A stretch of 64,000 nt of DNA from Patescibacteria group bacterium (GCA_052034685.1 JBPOIH010000002.1:7738-71737); one strand, 5' to 3'. Numbered from the stretch's first letter, positions 27,838-38,096 are shown. Numbers and translations are program-made. The notes: generated from the letters alone by a model not told the origin.

Positions 27838-28272
27838 ATGAGTTCAAAAATTGAATCGATGAGCCCAAGACAATTTGCCTTTCAGGAATTATTTGTGGGC
27901 ACGCTCATTTATGCTGTTGTGCTTGGGTTTTTTAACGACTACACAACTATCGTTAGTGCCAGAAGCTTTTCGACGATTTTCTTTGCTTCATTCGTACTAG
28001 AGATCCTAACCTATCTAGCTTTTCAGTTAAAAGGTAGCATCGTTGCGCGGCTAAAAAATCGCCACGGTCTGTCGTATAGAATATTGATGTTCTTTTGCGT
28101 CTGGCTTGTTATGTTCCTGTCTAAGTTCATATTTCTTTGGGCGCTCGATTCGCTATTCGATGACTACATTATCATCAACGGCTTCTTTGGGATTTTGTTT
28201 ATAGTCTTATGTGTAACAATAGTTCAGCGACTTGCAAACAAAATATTTGTGCTTCTAGGTGGCCACAAATAA
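27838..28272 (+). CDS. Four-TM membrane protein, unknown function
   Basis: Hydrophobic ORF. Confidence 0.5.
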   Translation: MSSKIESMSPRQFAFQELFVGTLIYAVVLGFFNDYTTIVSARSFSTIFFASFVLEILTYLAFQLKGSIVARLKNRHGLSYRILMFFCVWLVMFLSKFIFLWALDSLFDDYIIINGFFGILFIVLCVTIVQRLANKIFVLLGGHK

Positions 28273-28309
28273 TTCTGGCTACAGACTCAAACCTTAGTTA
28301 AATAAAGCG

Positions 28310-29494
28310 TTGTTAAACGCCAATTTCATACAGAATGAAGCGTATACTAATCCTATGATAGTCGCAATCAGCCGCAGTAGTAGCTTCTTTTATACCTATA
28401 TTGCCAAACCCCTGCTCTTTAGGTTTAAGCCTGATGGCGTGCACGATTCTCTGGTCAAATTTGGCACTCACGTACAGAAGCATCATGTTCTCCGCTCTGC
28501 CATTGAGACAAGCTGGGCTTACAAAAACGATGCTATGCTGAGCCAAACAATCAATGGAGTCGCGTTCCACAACCCGGTAGGATTATCGGCAGGGTTTGAT
28601 AAAAACATTGTTTTGGCACGACTTATTAAATCAGTTGGTTTTGGTTTTATGGAGGGCGGCTCACTTACACTCCATGCATGCGATGGCAACCCTCGACCTT
28701 GGTTTTACAGACTGCCAAAAACAAAATCAATAGTTGTATACGCAGGATTAGCCAATGTAGGGGTGCAAGCAATCATTCAAACCGTGAAAAACTATCCAGC
28801 CAGCACGTTCAGCGATTTTCCGCTCAACATATCAGTAGCAAAAACCAACTCTAAAGAAACATGTACTGACAAAGAAGCGATTAACGACTACATAGGCAGT
28901 CTTATGCAACTTCAGCGCGCAAATGCATGCAGCATGTACACATTGAACATCTCGTGTCCCAATACTTATGGTGGTGAGCCGTTTACTACCCCCAAACGCT
29001 TAGAATCTTTGCTGGAGGCTGTCGATACATTGGAACTAAAAAAGCCTTTGTTTATAAAAATGCCGGCTCATTTACCATGGGAAGAGTTCAACGAGTTGCT
29101 GAAGGTTGCGCAAAGACACTCTATTCAAGGCTTAACGATTAGCAATCTGGCTAAAGATCGGGGTCAAGCTAAACTTATGGATCATCTGCCGGAATCAGTT
29201 GAAGGCAACCTCAGCGGAGAACCAACGAGAGAGCTAAGTAATGATCTCATTCGAAAAACGTACGAGCAGTATGGTGATCGATTTACGATCATTGGTGTTG
29301 GCGGTATATTCAGCGCAGAAGACGCCTACGAGAAGATACGGTTAGGCGCAACACTTGTGGAGCTGATAACAGGCCTGATATTTGAAGGACCTCAGCTAAT
29401 AGGCCAGATTAACAGTGGTTTGGCGCAACTCCTGGCACAAGACGGTTATAGCACGATCAGCGAAGCAATTGGCGTCGACACCAGAAAAGCCTGA
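28310..29494 (+). CDS. pyrD: Dihydroorotate dehydrogenase (class 2-like)
   Basis: FHNPVGLSAGFDKN, NISCPNT and IGVGGI. The start may be ATG 28355. Confidence 0.85.
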   Translation: MLNANFIQNEAYTNPMIVAISRSSSFFYTYIAKPLLFRFKPDGVHDSLVKFGTHVQKHHVLRSAIETSWAYKNDAMLSQTINGVAFHNPVGLSAGFDKNIVLARLIKSVGFGFMEGGSLTLHACDGNPRPWFYRLPKTKSIVVYAGLANVGVQAIIQTVKNYPASTFSDFPLNISVAKTNSKETCTDKEAINDYIGSLMQLQRANACSMYTLNISCPNTYGGEPFTTPKRLESLLEAVDTLELKKPLFIKMPAHLPWEEFNELLKVAQRHSIQGLTISNLAKDRGQAKLMDHLPESVEGNLSGEPTRELSNDLIRKTYEQYGDRFTIIGVGGIFSAEDAYEKIRLGATLVELITGLIFEGPQLIGQINSGLAQLLAQDGYSTISEAIGVDTRKA

Positions 29495-29589
29495 TAATTC
29501 AGTAATTCGAACCGGCGTATCGTGCCTTTCGCTACTATTGAGAGTCTGGATAAGAATTTTGTAGAAGATGATCCTTTCTTAAGCTTCAG

Positions 29590-30012
29590 TTATCCAGTAG
29601 CATCAAGAGCTCGTAGTGCATCGATCAATTCGTCAAAGACATTTTGATCATCCTCATTGGGTACTGTTATCCCCATTTCGTATTGAGCGTCTATCGATTT
29701 ACACACTTCACTTATGGATGAATCCTGGCCTGTTACGATGTGTTCGAACTCGTCTGGCCTATCAAGGTTGAGGGAGAAAGAGTCGACGACACCCGCTGGC
29801 GAAGTCCGATAGGCTAAAACTTTCCTATTCCCGTCGTTCAGTGCCATGACTCGCCACACCGCAAATGTCATTTTAATGTCTACCCACTCGGGAGCGACGG
29901 GGTTAAACTTATCGGCAAAAAACTCAGAAAGGAAAGTCACACGATCTTCTGGTTGTGATACTTCATGATTCATGAGTTTATTTTCCGCGCTGTTGATGAC
30001 AATTGCAAGCAC
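29590..30012 (-). CDS. Acidic hypothetical protein
   Basis: ORF only. Confidence 0.45.
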   Translation of the reverse strand: MLAIVINSAENKLMNHEVSQPEDRVTFLSEFFADKFNPVAPEWVDIKMTFAVWRVMALNDGNRKVLAYRTSPAGVVDSFSLNLDRPDEFEHIVTGQDSSISEVCKSIDAQYEMGITVPNEDDQNVFDELIDALRALDATG

Positions 30013-30046
30013 GAGTACTATAGGCTATAAATGGTATGATAGAAGT

Positions 30047-30301
30047 ATGCACAAAGAATTTACACCAGAGGAAGCAAAGAAGATTGGCGAAGAAATTGGC
30101 GTTAATTTTGCTGCGTTCAGCCTCGAAGAGTTCAGAAAAGGCTTAGTAGTAGAACTAGAGCATGGCTCAATGTGGGGCGACGAAACCAACGTCACCAAGG
30201 ACGACCCCCACTTTACCGGACGAATTGCCTGGGCACATCTGAAAGAAATTCCTGATTACTACACACGCCTTGAAAAAATGGAAAAAGAAGCCGGCAGCTA
30301 A
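30047..30301 (+). CDS. DUF5661-like small protein
   Basis: FTPEEAKKIGEEIGVNF...VELEHG. ATG 30047 is preferred because the track's start overlaps the divergent gene. Confidence 0.5.
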   Translation: MHKEFTPEEAKKIGEEIGVNFAAFSLEEFRKGLVVELEHGSMWGDETNVTKDDPHFTGRIAWAHLKEIPDYYTRLEKMEKEAGS

Positions 30302-30344
30302 CAACAAGCATTTTGGCATCGATGCACTTTGCTATAGTACTAAC

Positions 30345-30506
30345 ATGAAACTCGTTTGGATATTCGTTTCAATTGGCGGGATCATTGGCGGTTATTTGCC
30401 GACGCTGTTCGGACAAAATCCGCTCTCTGTCATATCTATTCTCTGCGGGGCGGCGGGTTCTTTCTTTGGCATCTGGGTGTATACCAAACTTGACCTTGGA
30501 CAATAA
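30345..30506 (+). CDS. Small two-TM membrane protein
   Basis: MKLVWIFVSIGGIIGG... begins at ATG 30345. Confidence 0.45.
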   Translation: MKLVWIFVSIGGIIGGYLPTLFGQNPLSVISILCGAAGSFFGIWVYTKLDLGQ

Positions 30507-30508
30507 AT

Positions 30509-30536
30509 AACGCCCGGATTGCTCCGGGCGTTTGTT
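30509..30536. terminator. Bidirectional terminator hairpin between convergent genes
   Basis: aacgcccgga-ttgc-tccgggcgtt followed by tgtt. Confidence 0.6.
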
Positions 30537-30551
30537 GCAAAAAACTATTAC

Positions 30552-31124
30552 TTATTTTCGCTTTGAGCTAGCTGGCTGATCAAGCGTGTGCTTCACGTCA
30601 AGTGAAAGCGCAATCAAGAGTGGTCCAGTAACGAGTGCGTACAGACCGAGGATCCATACAAATGCCACACCGGCTGATGCTGGCTGGAAGAGCACTACGA
30701 TACCTGCAAGTACTGAAATAATTGCACCGATCATAATGAGTGTTCGCATACCTGCAGACAAATCATCAGAAAAGGCCGCAACGGCTTCAATGACACCACG
30801 CACGATCAGCGTAAAGCCGATCAGCAAAATCAGTGTTGCAAAACTAACAAGCGGATGACGGATCAGGTAAACACCTACGCCAACCTGCAAAAGCCCGATC
30901 AGCAATACGAGGAACCATGTTCCGCGCTTACCAATAGCGCCGATACCTTGCACGATTTCCATAACGCCTGTTACTAAAATATATGCGCTAAACAAATACA
31001 CCAGTGTTACGAGTGTAATTGCTGGCCAAAACACTGCGGCAATACCAAACAAAAGCGCTGCAACACCACGCAATGTTAGTACCCACCAATAGTTTGACAT
31101 GAACTCTCTCTCAGATGCGTCCAT
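30552..31124 (-). CDS. HdeD/DUF308 family membrane protein
   Basis: WWVLTLRGVAALLFGIAAVFWP and repeated TM pairs. Confidence 0.7.
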   Translation of the reverse strand: MDASEREFMSNYWWVLTLRGVAALLFGIAAVFWPAITLVTLVYLFSAYILVTGVMEIVQGIGAIGKRGTWFLVLLIGLLQVGVGVYLIRHPLVSFATLILLIGFTLIVRGVIEAVAAFSDDLSAGMRTLIMIGAIISVLAGIVVLFQPASAGVAFVWILGLYALVTGPLLIALSLDVKHTLDQPASSKRK

Positions 31125-31157
31125 TATCTCTCCCTTTCGTTATATTGTGACCCTATA

Positions 31158-31565
31158 ATGCGCTTCTTTCCAATTTGTTGTCAAGTACACTTGTTTTTTG
31201 TGATAGTTAGCGAGATGATAGAGGTAATGAAAAACATGAACAAAGGCTATTTGGTAATCGGTATCGCCGTCGTCGTGCTGGGTATGCTGGTGCTCGCAAA
31301 CTTGCTTGATGTCGTACGCGGCAACAACATATATGAACTACTGTGGCCGATTACGATCTTTGCAACCGGGCTTGGACTCGTCAGCAGCCCCGGCGCTAAA
31401 GGTTTGGGCTACATCATTCTATGGATCGGCTTCTTGCTATTGCTACGCCAAATGCACGTCTTTGATTCTGACGCCGGCAAAACGATTCTGGTATTCGTTC
31501 TTGCCCTTACGGGCCTAGGCATCCTCACGCAAGCTGGTGACCGTATTGCCCCAAAAGACAGCTAG
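31158..31565 (+). CDS. Small membrane protein
   Basis: Hydrophobic ORF. The likely start is nearer 31227 (MKNMNKGY). Confidence 0.4.
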   Translation: MRFFPICCQVHLFFVIVSEMIEVMKNMNKGYLVIGIAVVVLGMLVLANLLDVVRGNNIYELLWPITIFATGLGLVSSPGAKGLGYIILWIGFLLLLRQMHVFDSDAGKTILVFVLALTGLGILTQAGDRIAPKDS

Positions 31566-31617
31566 CGTCTACACAATACTTTGAACCATAAGCAGAAACA
31601 CCGTACAATACCTGGTA

Positions 31618-32538
31618 ATGATTCAGTATTTGCGAAGTACCGACTACAAGCCACGCATTGGCGTCAAAAAAGATCTGCAGCCAGGCAGCTGGATTCGTGT
31701 TGAGAACCCAAACGACGATGAGCGCAGCAAACTCATCAAAGACTTTAAGTTAGACGAGACAATCCTACAGGACGCCCTTGACCCACACGAAGTCCCACGT
31801 ATTGAGACTGAAGACAAAAACATCTACCTGATCACGCGCCTGCCAGACACAGACGACGAATTTAATGACTTCACGACACCGGTAATGTTTGTTGTCCACC
31901 CAAAGCATCTTATTACTGTTAGTCGTGACCCGCTGGCCCGCCTGTGGCAGCCGTTCATCGACAAGACAGCAGTCGCTACCACACAGCAAACACAGACACT
32001 GCTCATGATGCTCGAAGCAATCGTGCTCCAATACGAACGACGCGTTGCCATCATTAACCGTCAAATGCGTGCAGCTATTGGCGACGTTACGCGTCTGCGT
32101 CCTACTGACATCGCAACTTTTGTGGAGTACGAACGAAAGCTAAATGATTACCTGGACGCACTTATTCCGAGCAACAACGCTATTGAAAAGCTACTTGGCG
32201 GACGTTTCTTGAAGCTCCATGAGGACGACAAGGATTTGGTGGAAGATCTGTCAATCGACCTCGAGCAAATTATTGTGCGTTGTAAAAGTTTGTTGCGTAC
32301 CATTACAAACGTACGCGATTCATACCGCGCCGTCATGGACACCAAACTGAATGAAACAATCCGCATCCTGACCGTCATTACCCTCGCAGTAACGGTCCCG
32401 ACCATGCTTGCCGGCTTGTACGGTATGAACGTCCACTTGCCGGGTGAAAACTCACCGATCATGTTCTGGATAATCGCCGGGATCTCTCTGCTTACCAGTG
32501 GAGCGCTAGCCTTCTACTTCCTCCGCAAACGCCGTTAA
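31618..32538 (+). CDS. corA: CorA magnesium/cobalt transporter
   Basis: YGMN motif (GLYGMNV) and two C-terminal TM helices. Confidence 0.9.
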   Translation: MIQYLRSTDYKPRIGVKKDLQPGSWIRVENPNDDERSKLIKDFKLDETILQDALDPHEVPRIETEDKNIYLITRLPDTDDEFNDFTTPVMFVVHPKHLITVSRDPLARLWQPFIDKTAVATTQQTQTLLMMLEAIVLQYERRVAIINRQMRAAIGDVTRLRPTDIATFVEYERKLNDYLDALIPSNNAIEKLLGGRFLKLHEDDKDLVEDLSIDLEQIIVRCKSLLRTITNVRDSYRAVMDTKLNETIRILTVITLAVTVPTMLAGLYGMNVHLPGENSPIMFWIIAGISLLTSGALAFYFLRKRR

Positions 32539-33230
32539 CCCAGGATTATGCGGTCTGTGTCAATCATCGCACGGCGCTGACTATCTGCAATCTCATCAAG
32601 ATCATGCTGTAAACTCGCTCGTGCTGCTGACTGCCTTTGTGCAGCTTCATCAAGCATTTCTTGCTCTTGAGAGTACGGCACGGTGAAATCTTCAATAAAG
32701 TATGCTTGGACAATTGGGTCAAGCAATGCCGCAAAGAGCTTTTCAGCCTCAGGATTTTCCATTATTCGAGAAAAGTGTGCTCCACCCTCGTATAATCCAT
32801 GACCCCATGGTGCAGATTCGTACTTCTTCCGTATGTCTTCTCCTGATTGCTGCACCCATACACGCGCTTCGAGTCCGCCGCGTTCTGCAAATCGATTAAT
32901 CAGCACCTCGTTTCTTCTCGGTCGCTTGTGCTCTGCGTATACCACTTCGACTTGCGGCAAGGCAATTCTTCTCGTATCAAAGTCTCTGCCAAACTCTACA
33001 TACCCGTCGTTGCTATTCCTGTAGTCAAAAGGCATAGAAACCACCGTGCCAATCTGTCGACTGTATCTGTCTACTGGCTGCGCTGCATTAGGAAGCGATG
33101 TAACCATCGTTTCAACCACAGCTGCTAGCTGTTCATTAAGCGGCATTGCAGTATCAAGGTTTTCTCCGTTACGGCCGGGCATAGTATCCTCCTGGGTGGT
33201 TATTAGATTCTTTAATAGTATGCGCGTCAA
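32535..33230 (-). CDS. Hypothetical protein (231 aa)
   Basis: ORF only. Confidence 0.45.
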   Translation of the reverse strand: MTRILLKNLITTQEDTMPGRNGENLDTAMPLNEQLAAVVETMVTSLPNAAQPVDRYSRQIGTVVSMPFDYRNSNDGYVEFGRDFDTRRIALPQVEVVYAEHKRPRRNEVLINRFAERGGLEARVWVQQSGEDIRKKYESAPWGHGLYEGGAHFSRIMENPEAEKLFAALLDPIVQAYFIEDFTVPYSQEQEMLDEAAQRQSAARASLQHDLDEIADSQRRAMIDTDRIILG

Positions 33231-33232
33231 AC

Positions 33233-33526
33233 TTACACGTCAAATGTATAGTCAACAAGTGCCCACGTACAAATAGTCCCCAGGTGTGCGGCCAGTTCGC
33301 GGTGCGCCGGGTGCGCTTTGTATTCGTCTAAACCCTGCTGGTCTGCAAAGTCGGCTACTTCAGCCACATCATAGGCACTTGGTGATTCGGCCTCATTGAC
33401 GCCAATACTCCAGCTTTCTACAGTCGGGCATTGTGCGCCCAAAGCTTCGAGCCGCTCGATGGCATCTTCTTGAACACTATCTGTCACGCCTTCATTAAAC
33501 TTGAAGAGCAAAATGTGTCTGATCAT
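33233..33526 (-). CDS. Dabb (stress-responsive alpha/beta barrel) protein
   Basis: MIRHILLFKFNEGVT... and ~97 aa size. Confidence 0.7.
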   Translation of the reverse strand: MIRHILLFKFNEGVTDSVQEDAIERLEALGAQCPTVESWSIGVNEAESPSAYDVAEVADFADQQGLDEYKAHPAHRELAAHLGTICTWALVDYTFDV

Positions 33527-33960
33527 TTGGTGTGTTCCTTTGCATGCCTATAGCCACCATGGCCTTTATCGTTCATTGTGGCGACTTCATCCCACTGCAC
33601 CGCTTCTGTCTTAATAATCATGCCTTGGACTACTTTGTCGCCAGCTTCTACGGTCACTGGGCTGTCGGTTATGTTGTGCAGGAAGGCGTAGTTCTCGTCG
33701 TCATTGCCACAATAGAACGGATCAACAACTCCAACTCCGTTTGCCAACATCAGACCTTTGCGCATGGGCGTACTACTGCGGCTAAACAGCAGGAGTGCAT
33801 GGCCATCGGGTACTTTGAGCGCAACGTTCTGAGCGACCGGTTTGATCTCGCCAGGACCAATCGTAACTGTCTCGCGACAGACAAGATCAAAACACGCCGC
33901 GCCTACTTCGGGAGCCGGCAATGCATAGGATTTGTCAAAGCGTTTTATGGGTATTTTCAT
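33523..33960 (-). CDS. dut: dUTP diphosphatase
   Basis: GVGVVDPFYCGNDDE (motif 3), 145 aa. Confidence 0.7.
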   Translation of the reverse strand: MKIPIKRFDKSYALPAPEVGAACFDLVCRETVTIGPGEIKPVAQNVALKVPDGHALLLFSRSSTPMRKGLMLANGVGVVDPFYCGNDDENYAFLHNITDSPVTVEAGDKVVQGMIIKTEAVQWDEVATMNDKGHGGYRHAKEHTK

Positions 33961-33998
33961 TGTTTTATCATAGTATCATTTTTGTAGCTTGGTAGTGT

Positions 33999-34484
33999 TT
34001 ATTTATAGAAATCGTAGGAGAGTTGGTTAAATTCAGGTAGTGTAAATATCTCTGCCTGACCATTATTCCACAGTGCAAAGTCAGCAACTCCGGCATCCAT
34101 AGTGAGGCGACTGCAGGTCGTACAGAACGGTTCACCTGCATCGGTGAAATTACCACCTTCATCAATCCGCATAAAGTATAGGGTCGAACCTGCAATTTTA
34201 TCAGCATGGTGCTTGAAGGCGTCTAGCACAGCGCGCCATTCTGCATGTACGCAACACGTTAAGTCATACTTTGGTTTTTTGCTATAGTTCCAGGTCATAC
34301 CACAGGTTCGGGCTGTCTCGTCCTCGCATACTGGGGAATTATAGCCTTCACCGATCACCTGGCCGTCTTTCACAATGACCGAACCACAATGACCCCGCTG
34401 GCAGGTGGCTTTGGCAGCAACGTGCGCAGCCAAGGTAAAGTACTTTTTAATCTTTTGAAGTTCGCGGCCATCAACTGTCTGCAT
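33999..34484 (-). CDS. Deoxycytidylate (dCMP) deaminase
   Basis: CVHAE and PCTTC zinc motifs. Confidence 0.8.
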   Translation of the reverse strand: MQTVDGRELQKIKKYFTLAAHVAAKATCQRGHCGSVIVKDGQVIGEGYNSPVCEDETARTCGMTWNYSKKPKYDLTCCVHAEWRAVLDAFKHHADKIAGSTLYFMRIDEGGNFTDAGEPFCTTCSRLTMDAGVADFALWNNGQAEIFTLPEFNQLSYDFYK

Positions 34485-34548
34485 GCATATATCCTACCAG
34501 ACAATCAAAAAGTGGAATACGCCACGTAATATGTGTATATTACTAACT

Positions 34549-35094
34549 ATGAGCAGCGTCGAAGCACCAAATTGTCGTCATTACCCAATAGGCTATTATG
34601 ACGGGGCTATCGCTGAGTTTGATACTGCTCCACCAGAACACCTCAAAGTTGAGTCATTTATTGATGAGGTAGGTATTCACTGGACGACTAACCTACCTGC
34701 GGCCGAGGTGCCTGCTGCTGTCGCAAATGTTGTACCAGGCGTCGTAGACATAGATGTATTCATGCAGGACGACAAGATCACGATTAACAGCGATGACATT
34801 GAAGGTTTGTTACGCACTGCAACACCCGAAGAAACCATTCGTCTAGCGTACACCTTTGAGCCAGACCGACTGAGCAAAGACGGATTGAAGCGCGCAATGG
34901 TTGTTGCGTGGAGAATTCAAAGAGAGGATATCCACGCGCCGTATCAGCTCGGAGTACTCATGCCTCGTGACACGCTTGAGATTCCAAATGAACTTATCGC
35001 CGCAACTGCCACAGAGAATGTCCGTGCAACGCCTGATCTACTGGATAGACTCATCAAAATCACTGCCGACGCATCCAGCATTTGGACAGATTAG
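34549..35094 (+). CDS. Hypothetical protein
   Basis: ORF only. ATG 34549 is preferred over the track's start at 34483. Confidence 0.4.
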   Translation: MSSVEAPNCRHYPIGYYDGAIAEFDTAPPEHLKVESFIDEVGIHWTTNLPAAEVPAAVANVVPGVVDIDVFMQDDKITINSDDIEGLLRTATPEETIRLAYTFEPDRLSKDGLKRAMVVAWRIQREDIHAPYQLGVLMPRDTLEIPNELIAATATENVRATPDLLDRLIKITADASSIWTD

Positions 35095-35118
35095 TTTGCA
35101 CTTACAAAATGCTCGTTA

Positions 35119-35496
35119 CTAAGGAGTGTTCGGCTCGGCATCTGCAATAATCTGTTCCATTGCAGTTATTGTATTTGGTCGAGCAAATCGCAGAACTTCT
35201 AATGCCGTCTCAGAGAAACTGCCCATCATTACACGAGCTGCGGCAAGTTTGAAGTCGTCAGACGCGCCTGGTTCATAACTTGCCTCGTCTTCAGGATTGA
35301 ATACGCATGTGAGACTTGCAGAAAAATCACAGGTTTGACATGCAACCCCGTACAGTTCTCCATCGGCACGCTCTTCTATAATGTACCAGCCCATCGTGCA
35401 CTCTTCGTCCTTATCGCACGTAATTCTTTCTCCTGCTTTGTCTTCAAACGCATGATCAAGCTTCCATTCACTAATTGGTTTTTCTATTCCTGCCAT
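35119..35496 (-). CDS. Acidic Cys-rich hypothetical protein
   Basis: ORF only. Confidence 0.45.
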   Translation of the reverse strand: MAGIEKPISEWKLDHAFEDKAGERITCDKDEECTMGWYIIEERADGELYGVACQTCDFSASLTCVFNPEDEASYEPGASDDFKLAAARVMMGSFSETALEVLRFARPNTITAMEQIIADAEPNTP

Positions 35497-35585
35497 AATA
35501 ACTCCTTATTACGATAATCATATATACCGCTGACAAATATGCAAGCATGAGTATTATGCGCTGTGTCGTTCTTCTATATACCAAT

Positions 35586-35609
35586 GAAAAAGCCGTCCAA
35601 ATGGACGAC
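35586..35609 (-). terminator. Terminator after tRNA-Arg(TCG)
   Basis: On the minus strand: gtcgtcc-attt-ggacggc followed by ttttt. Confidence 0.5.
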
Positions 35610-35617
35610 TCTTACAA

Positions 35618-35694
35618 TGGTACCCGCGGCAAGATTCGAACTTGCGACACCTGGTTCCGAAGACCAGTGCTCTAATCCACTGAGCTACGCGGGC
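35618..35694 (-). tRNA. tRNA-Arg(TCG), CCA encoded
   Basis: Hand-folded: GCCCGCG/CGCGGGT acceptor, anticodon loop CTTCGGA, T-arm GCAAG-TTCGAAT-CTTGC. Confidence 0.9.
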
Positions 35695-36047
35695 TTATCT
35701 TTTTTCACGTCTATTTTTGCCTGAATTTGTCGACTGTACGTGCGTTTCCTATGACAATTAGAACACACGACTTCGCATTTAGCAATCTCTGTAGTTAACT
35801 TCGTTATGCTACAACTGTTTATCAGCTTGTTCACCTCATAAAGCTTACCTTCTAGATGGTCAAAGTCCATAACGTAATATGGGTACTTTTCATTACAATC
35901 AACACACGGGGATGATTCTTTTACATCATTCAACCACAAACGAATGTCTTTCTTTCTTTTCAATGCTTTTTTAATGTACGTTTCCCGGTTCGCATAATAA
36001 TGACGACGGATTGCTGCTCGCTGCTTTTCAATATCTTTCCACGGCAT
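35685..36047 (-). CDS. Free-standing HNH endonuclease
   Basis: CVDC...DFDHL...CSNCHRKRT motifs. The last 10 nt, including the stop codon, are the first 10 nt of the tRNA. Confidence 0.8.
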   Translation of the reverse strand: MPWKDIEKQRAAIRRHYYANRETYIKKALKRKKDIRLWLNDVKESSPCVDCNEKYPYYVMDFDHLEGKLYEVNKLINSCSITKLTTEIAKCEVVCSNCHRKRTYSRQIQAKIDVKKDKPA

Positions 36048-36144
36048 AATGGGATTATAACAAACTACGAGTTTCGAAGCTATGCAAATTGCGGGTATCC
36101 ATTTATGTGCTTCACTTTTGAAAACCCGATATAATCATAACCAG

Positions 36145-37551
36145 ATGAAACTAAAAGCAAACCTGCACAAACTACGCTTACGCGCGGTAGCACTCAGCAA
36201 GAAACGCAATTTCAGAGTCGCGTGTACTGTGTTTGTAGCACTGTTTTTTATCATAAATATTGGTCTATACGGCTACTACAAAGAACGCACCTATCCACGC
36301 ACCACGCTAGAAGATATCCGTGTTGGTAGCGTCGAAAACGCTGGGCTCAGTGAGTTTGTAAGCAGTACTGATCTGTTACCAGAACAGGTGACATTAGTGC
36401 TCAGTGACACAAAAATAGAGACCAAAACAGCCGACCTCGGCATTTCTTTTGATCAAGAGGCCACGCTACAGCAACTGCAAACGGCCCGTTCTTGGTTGCC
36501 AATATATAACCTCATCGTAGCGCCAAAGGCGACTGCCGCATTTAGCGTAAATGATGACGTGTTCAGCAAGTTGCTTGCGAAAATATCAGCAAAGTACGGC
36601 AAAAAACCAGTCGATGCGCAAATCACATTAGAGAACAAAGTGTTCGTCGTCAAAGACAGTACTGACGGCAATGAAATCGATGTAGAAAGCGCCAAGACAA
36701 CAGTGCTAAATGGACTGCTCGGCGGCCAGCCAATAGAATTGCCAACCAAAGTCGTGACTGCCAAAACAACTGCCAAGGAGCTCGAGAAGTCCAATACTTC
36801 ACTGAATGCCCAACTCAAAACACAGGTCACCTACACCTTTGCTGGCAAAGAATCGACCCTTGACCCAACTAAAGTTTTTGCCCGCAAAGGGCAGTCCTAT
36901 CAGCTTTCTAACTCACTTATAGAAAGCCAGGTCACCAGCATCGGAGCGAGCTTTGGTATACGCGTTGCCAATACGGCGGGCGCAGTCAGCGCCACCCAAA
37001 AAGCAATTGCGGCGGGCAGTACGCTCAAATTTGCTCTAGAAGAACTCAAAGCCGAACGTTCATACAGTTACTGTGTTGCAGCACGAGGGGTTGCTACAAG
37101 TAATCTTGGCACCCTCAGAACAAAGCTCATCAGTGTATACGGTGATAAACGTGGCTGGTCGCTCAATGGGCGCGTCAACCTTGACCGTGTTAACAGCGGT
37201 TGTGATTTTACTGTCTGGCTAAGCGCCGCATCGCAAATGCCAACGTTTGGAGCAATCTGTGATTCAATGTGGAGTTGCCGTGTTGGCGCAAATGTCGTCA
37301 TCAACTTTGACCGCTGGCAAGGCGCCAGCCCAGCATGGAACGCAGCAGGCGGCAGCCTCGACGAGTATAGGGCCATGGTTATTAATCACGAAACGGGTCA
37401 CTGGTTTGAATTTGGACACAGCAACTGTGGCGGCAGCGGCCAGCCGGCACCTGTCATGCAACAACAATCAATTAATTTGCAGGGTTGTAAGTTTAACGCT
37501 TGGCCTACCTCAAGTGAACGAGCCAGACTAGCAAACGCGCTAGGTATCTGA
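36145..37551 (+). CDS. Membrane-anchored protein with a C-terminal DUF3152-like zinc-metalloprotease domain
   Basis: N-terminal TM, then C-terminal VINHETGHWFEFGH (HExxH). TATAAT lies 9 nt upstream of ATG 36145. Confidence 0.6.
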   Translation: MKLKANLHKLRLRAVALSKKRNFRVACTVFVALFFIINIGLYGYYKERTYPRTTLEDIRVGSVENAGLSEFVSSTDLLPEQVTLVLSDTKIETKTADLGISFDQEATLQQLQTARSWLPIYNLIVAPKATAAFSVNDDVFSKLLAKISAKYGKKPVDAQITLENKVFVVKDSTDGNEIDVESAKTTVLNGLLGGQPIELPTKVVTAKTTAKELEKSNTSLNAQLKTQVTYTFAGKESTLDPTKVFARKGQSYQLSNSLIESQVTSIGASFGIRVANTAGAVSATQKAIAAGSTLKFALEELKAERSYSYCVAARGVATSNLGTLRTKLISVYGDKRGWSLNGRVNLDRVNSGCDFTVWLSAASQMPTFGAICDSMWSCRVGANVVINFDRWQGASPAWNAAGGSLDEYRAMVINHETGHWFEFGHSNCGGSGQPAPVMQQQSINLQGCKFNAWPTSSERARLANALGI

Positions 37552-38085
37552 CTTGCCGTCAGACAGTTGCTTGGGCGGCTGTTCTGATTGCTTGAGGGTG
37601 TTTTCAAGCACCTTGATGATACTGCGAGCATGTTCTTTGCTCATGCCCATGCGTGCAATTGTCTGTGGCTGACCAGTTGTACCAGCGTTCTGCAAAAAGT
37701 TCATCACAACACCGTAGTTATTGACGGTTACATTTACCATGTCGGTGTATTGCACGCGTGTGTCTTGCGGAACCACCATTACAACCGGCGCACTTGGCTG
37801 GGTCATGTCACTGAAGCCGGTGTTCTGCAGGAGTTCTTCTGCGTTGTAGCCAGCGAGTTGCCAGATCTTACTTGCCTCTTCTTCTTTAACACTCAGATGG
37901 CTCAACAGTAGGAGTAGGATGTCTTCACTCGGCTTCATTGAACCGTCTTCAATCCGAAGTAACATCTCGGCATCAATCTCAACAGCACCTGATACGTCAG
38001 CTATCGTCTCCTGCAAACGAACACGCAGTGAACGAAGCTGCGATCCAAGCATTTGGTATGGTTTTTCCCTATCTGTCTTACTCAT
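37540..38085 (-). CDS. XRE-type HTH protein with a DUF3467-like C-terminal domain
   Basis: LGSQLRSLRVRLQETIADVS... is an HTH. The C-terminal NNYGVVMNFLQ...MSKEHARSIIKVLENTL resembles DUF3467. Confidence 0.65.
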   Translation of the reverse strand: MSKTDREKPYQMLGSQLRSLRVRLQETIADVSGAVEIDAEMLLRIEDGSMKPSEDILLLLLSHLSVKEEEASKIWQLAGYNAEELLQNTGFSDMTQPSAPVVMVVPQDTRVQYTDMVNVTVNNYGVVMNFLQNAGTTGQPQTIARMGMSKEHARSIIKVLENTLKQSEQPPKQLSDGKSDT

Positions 38086-38096
38086 TCCTACCAGAT

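Noticed and set aside
37938-38096. The track's murB start at 37938
   Set aside because: The first 50+ codons lie antisense inside the HTH gene 37540..38085 and have no MurB similarity. ATG 38097 or GTG 38181 fit better.
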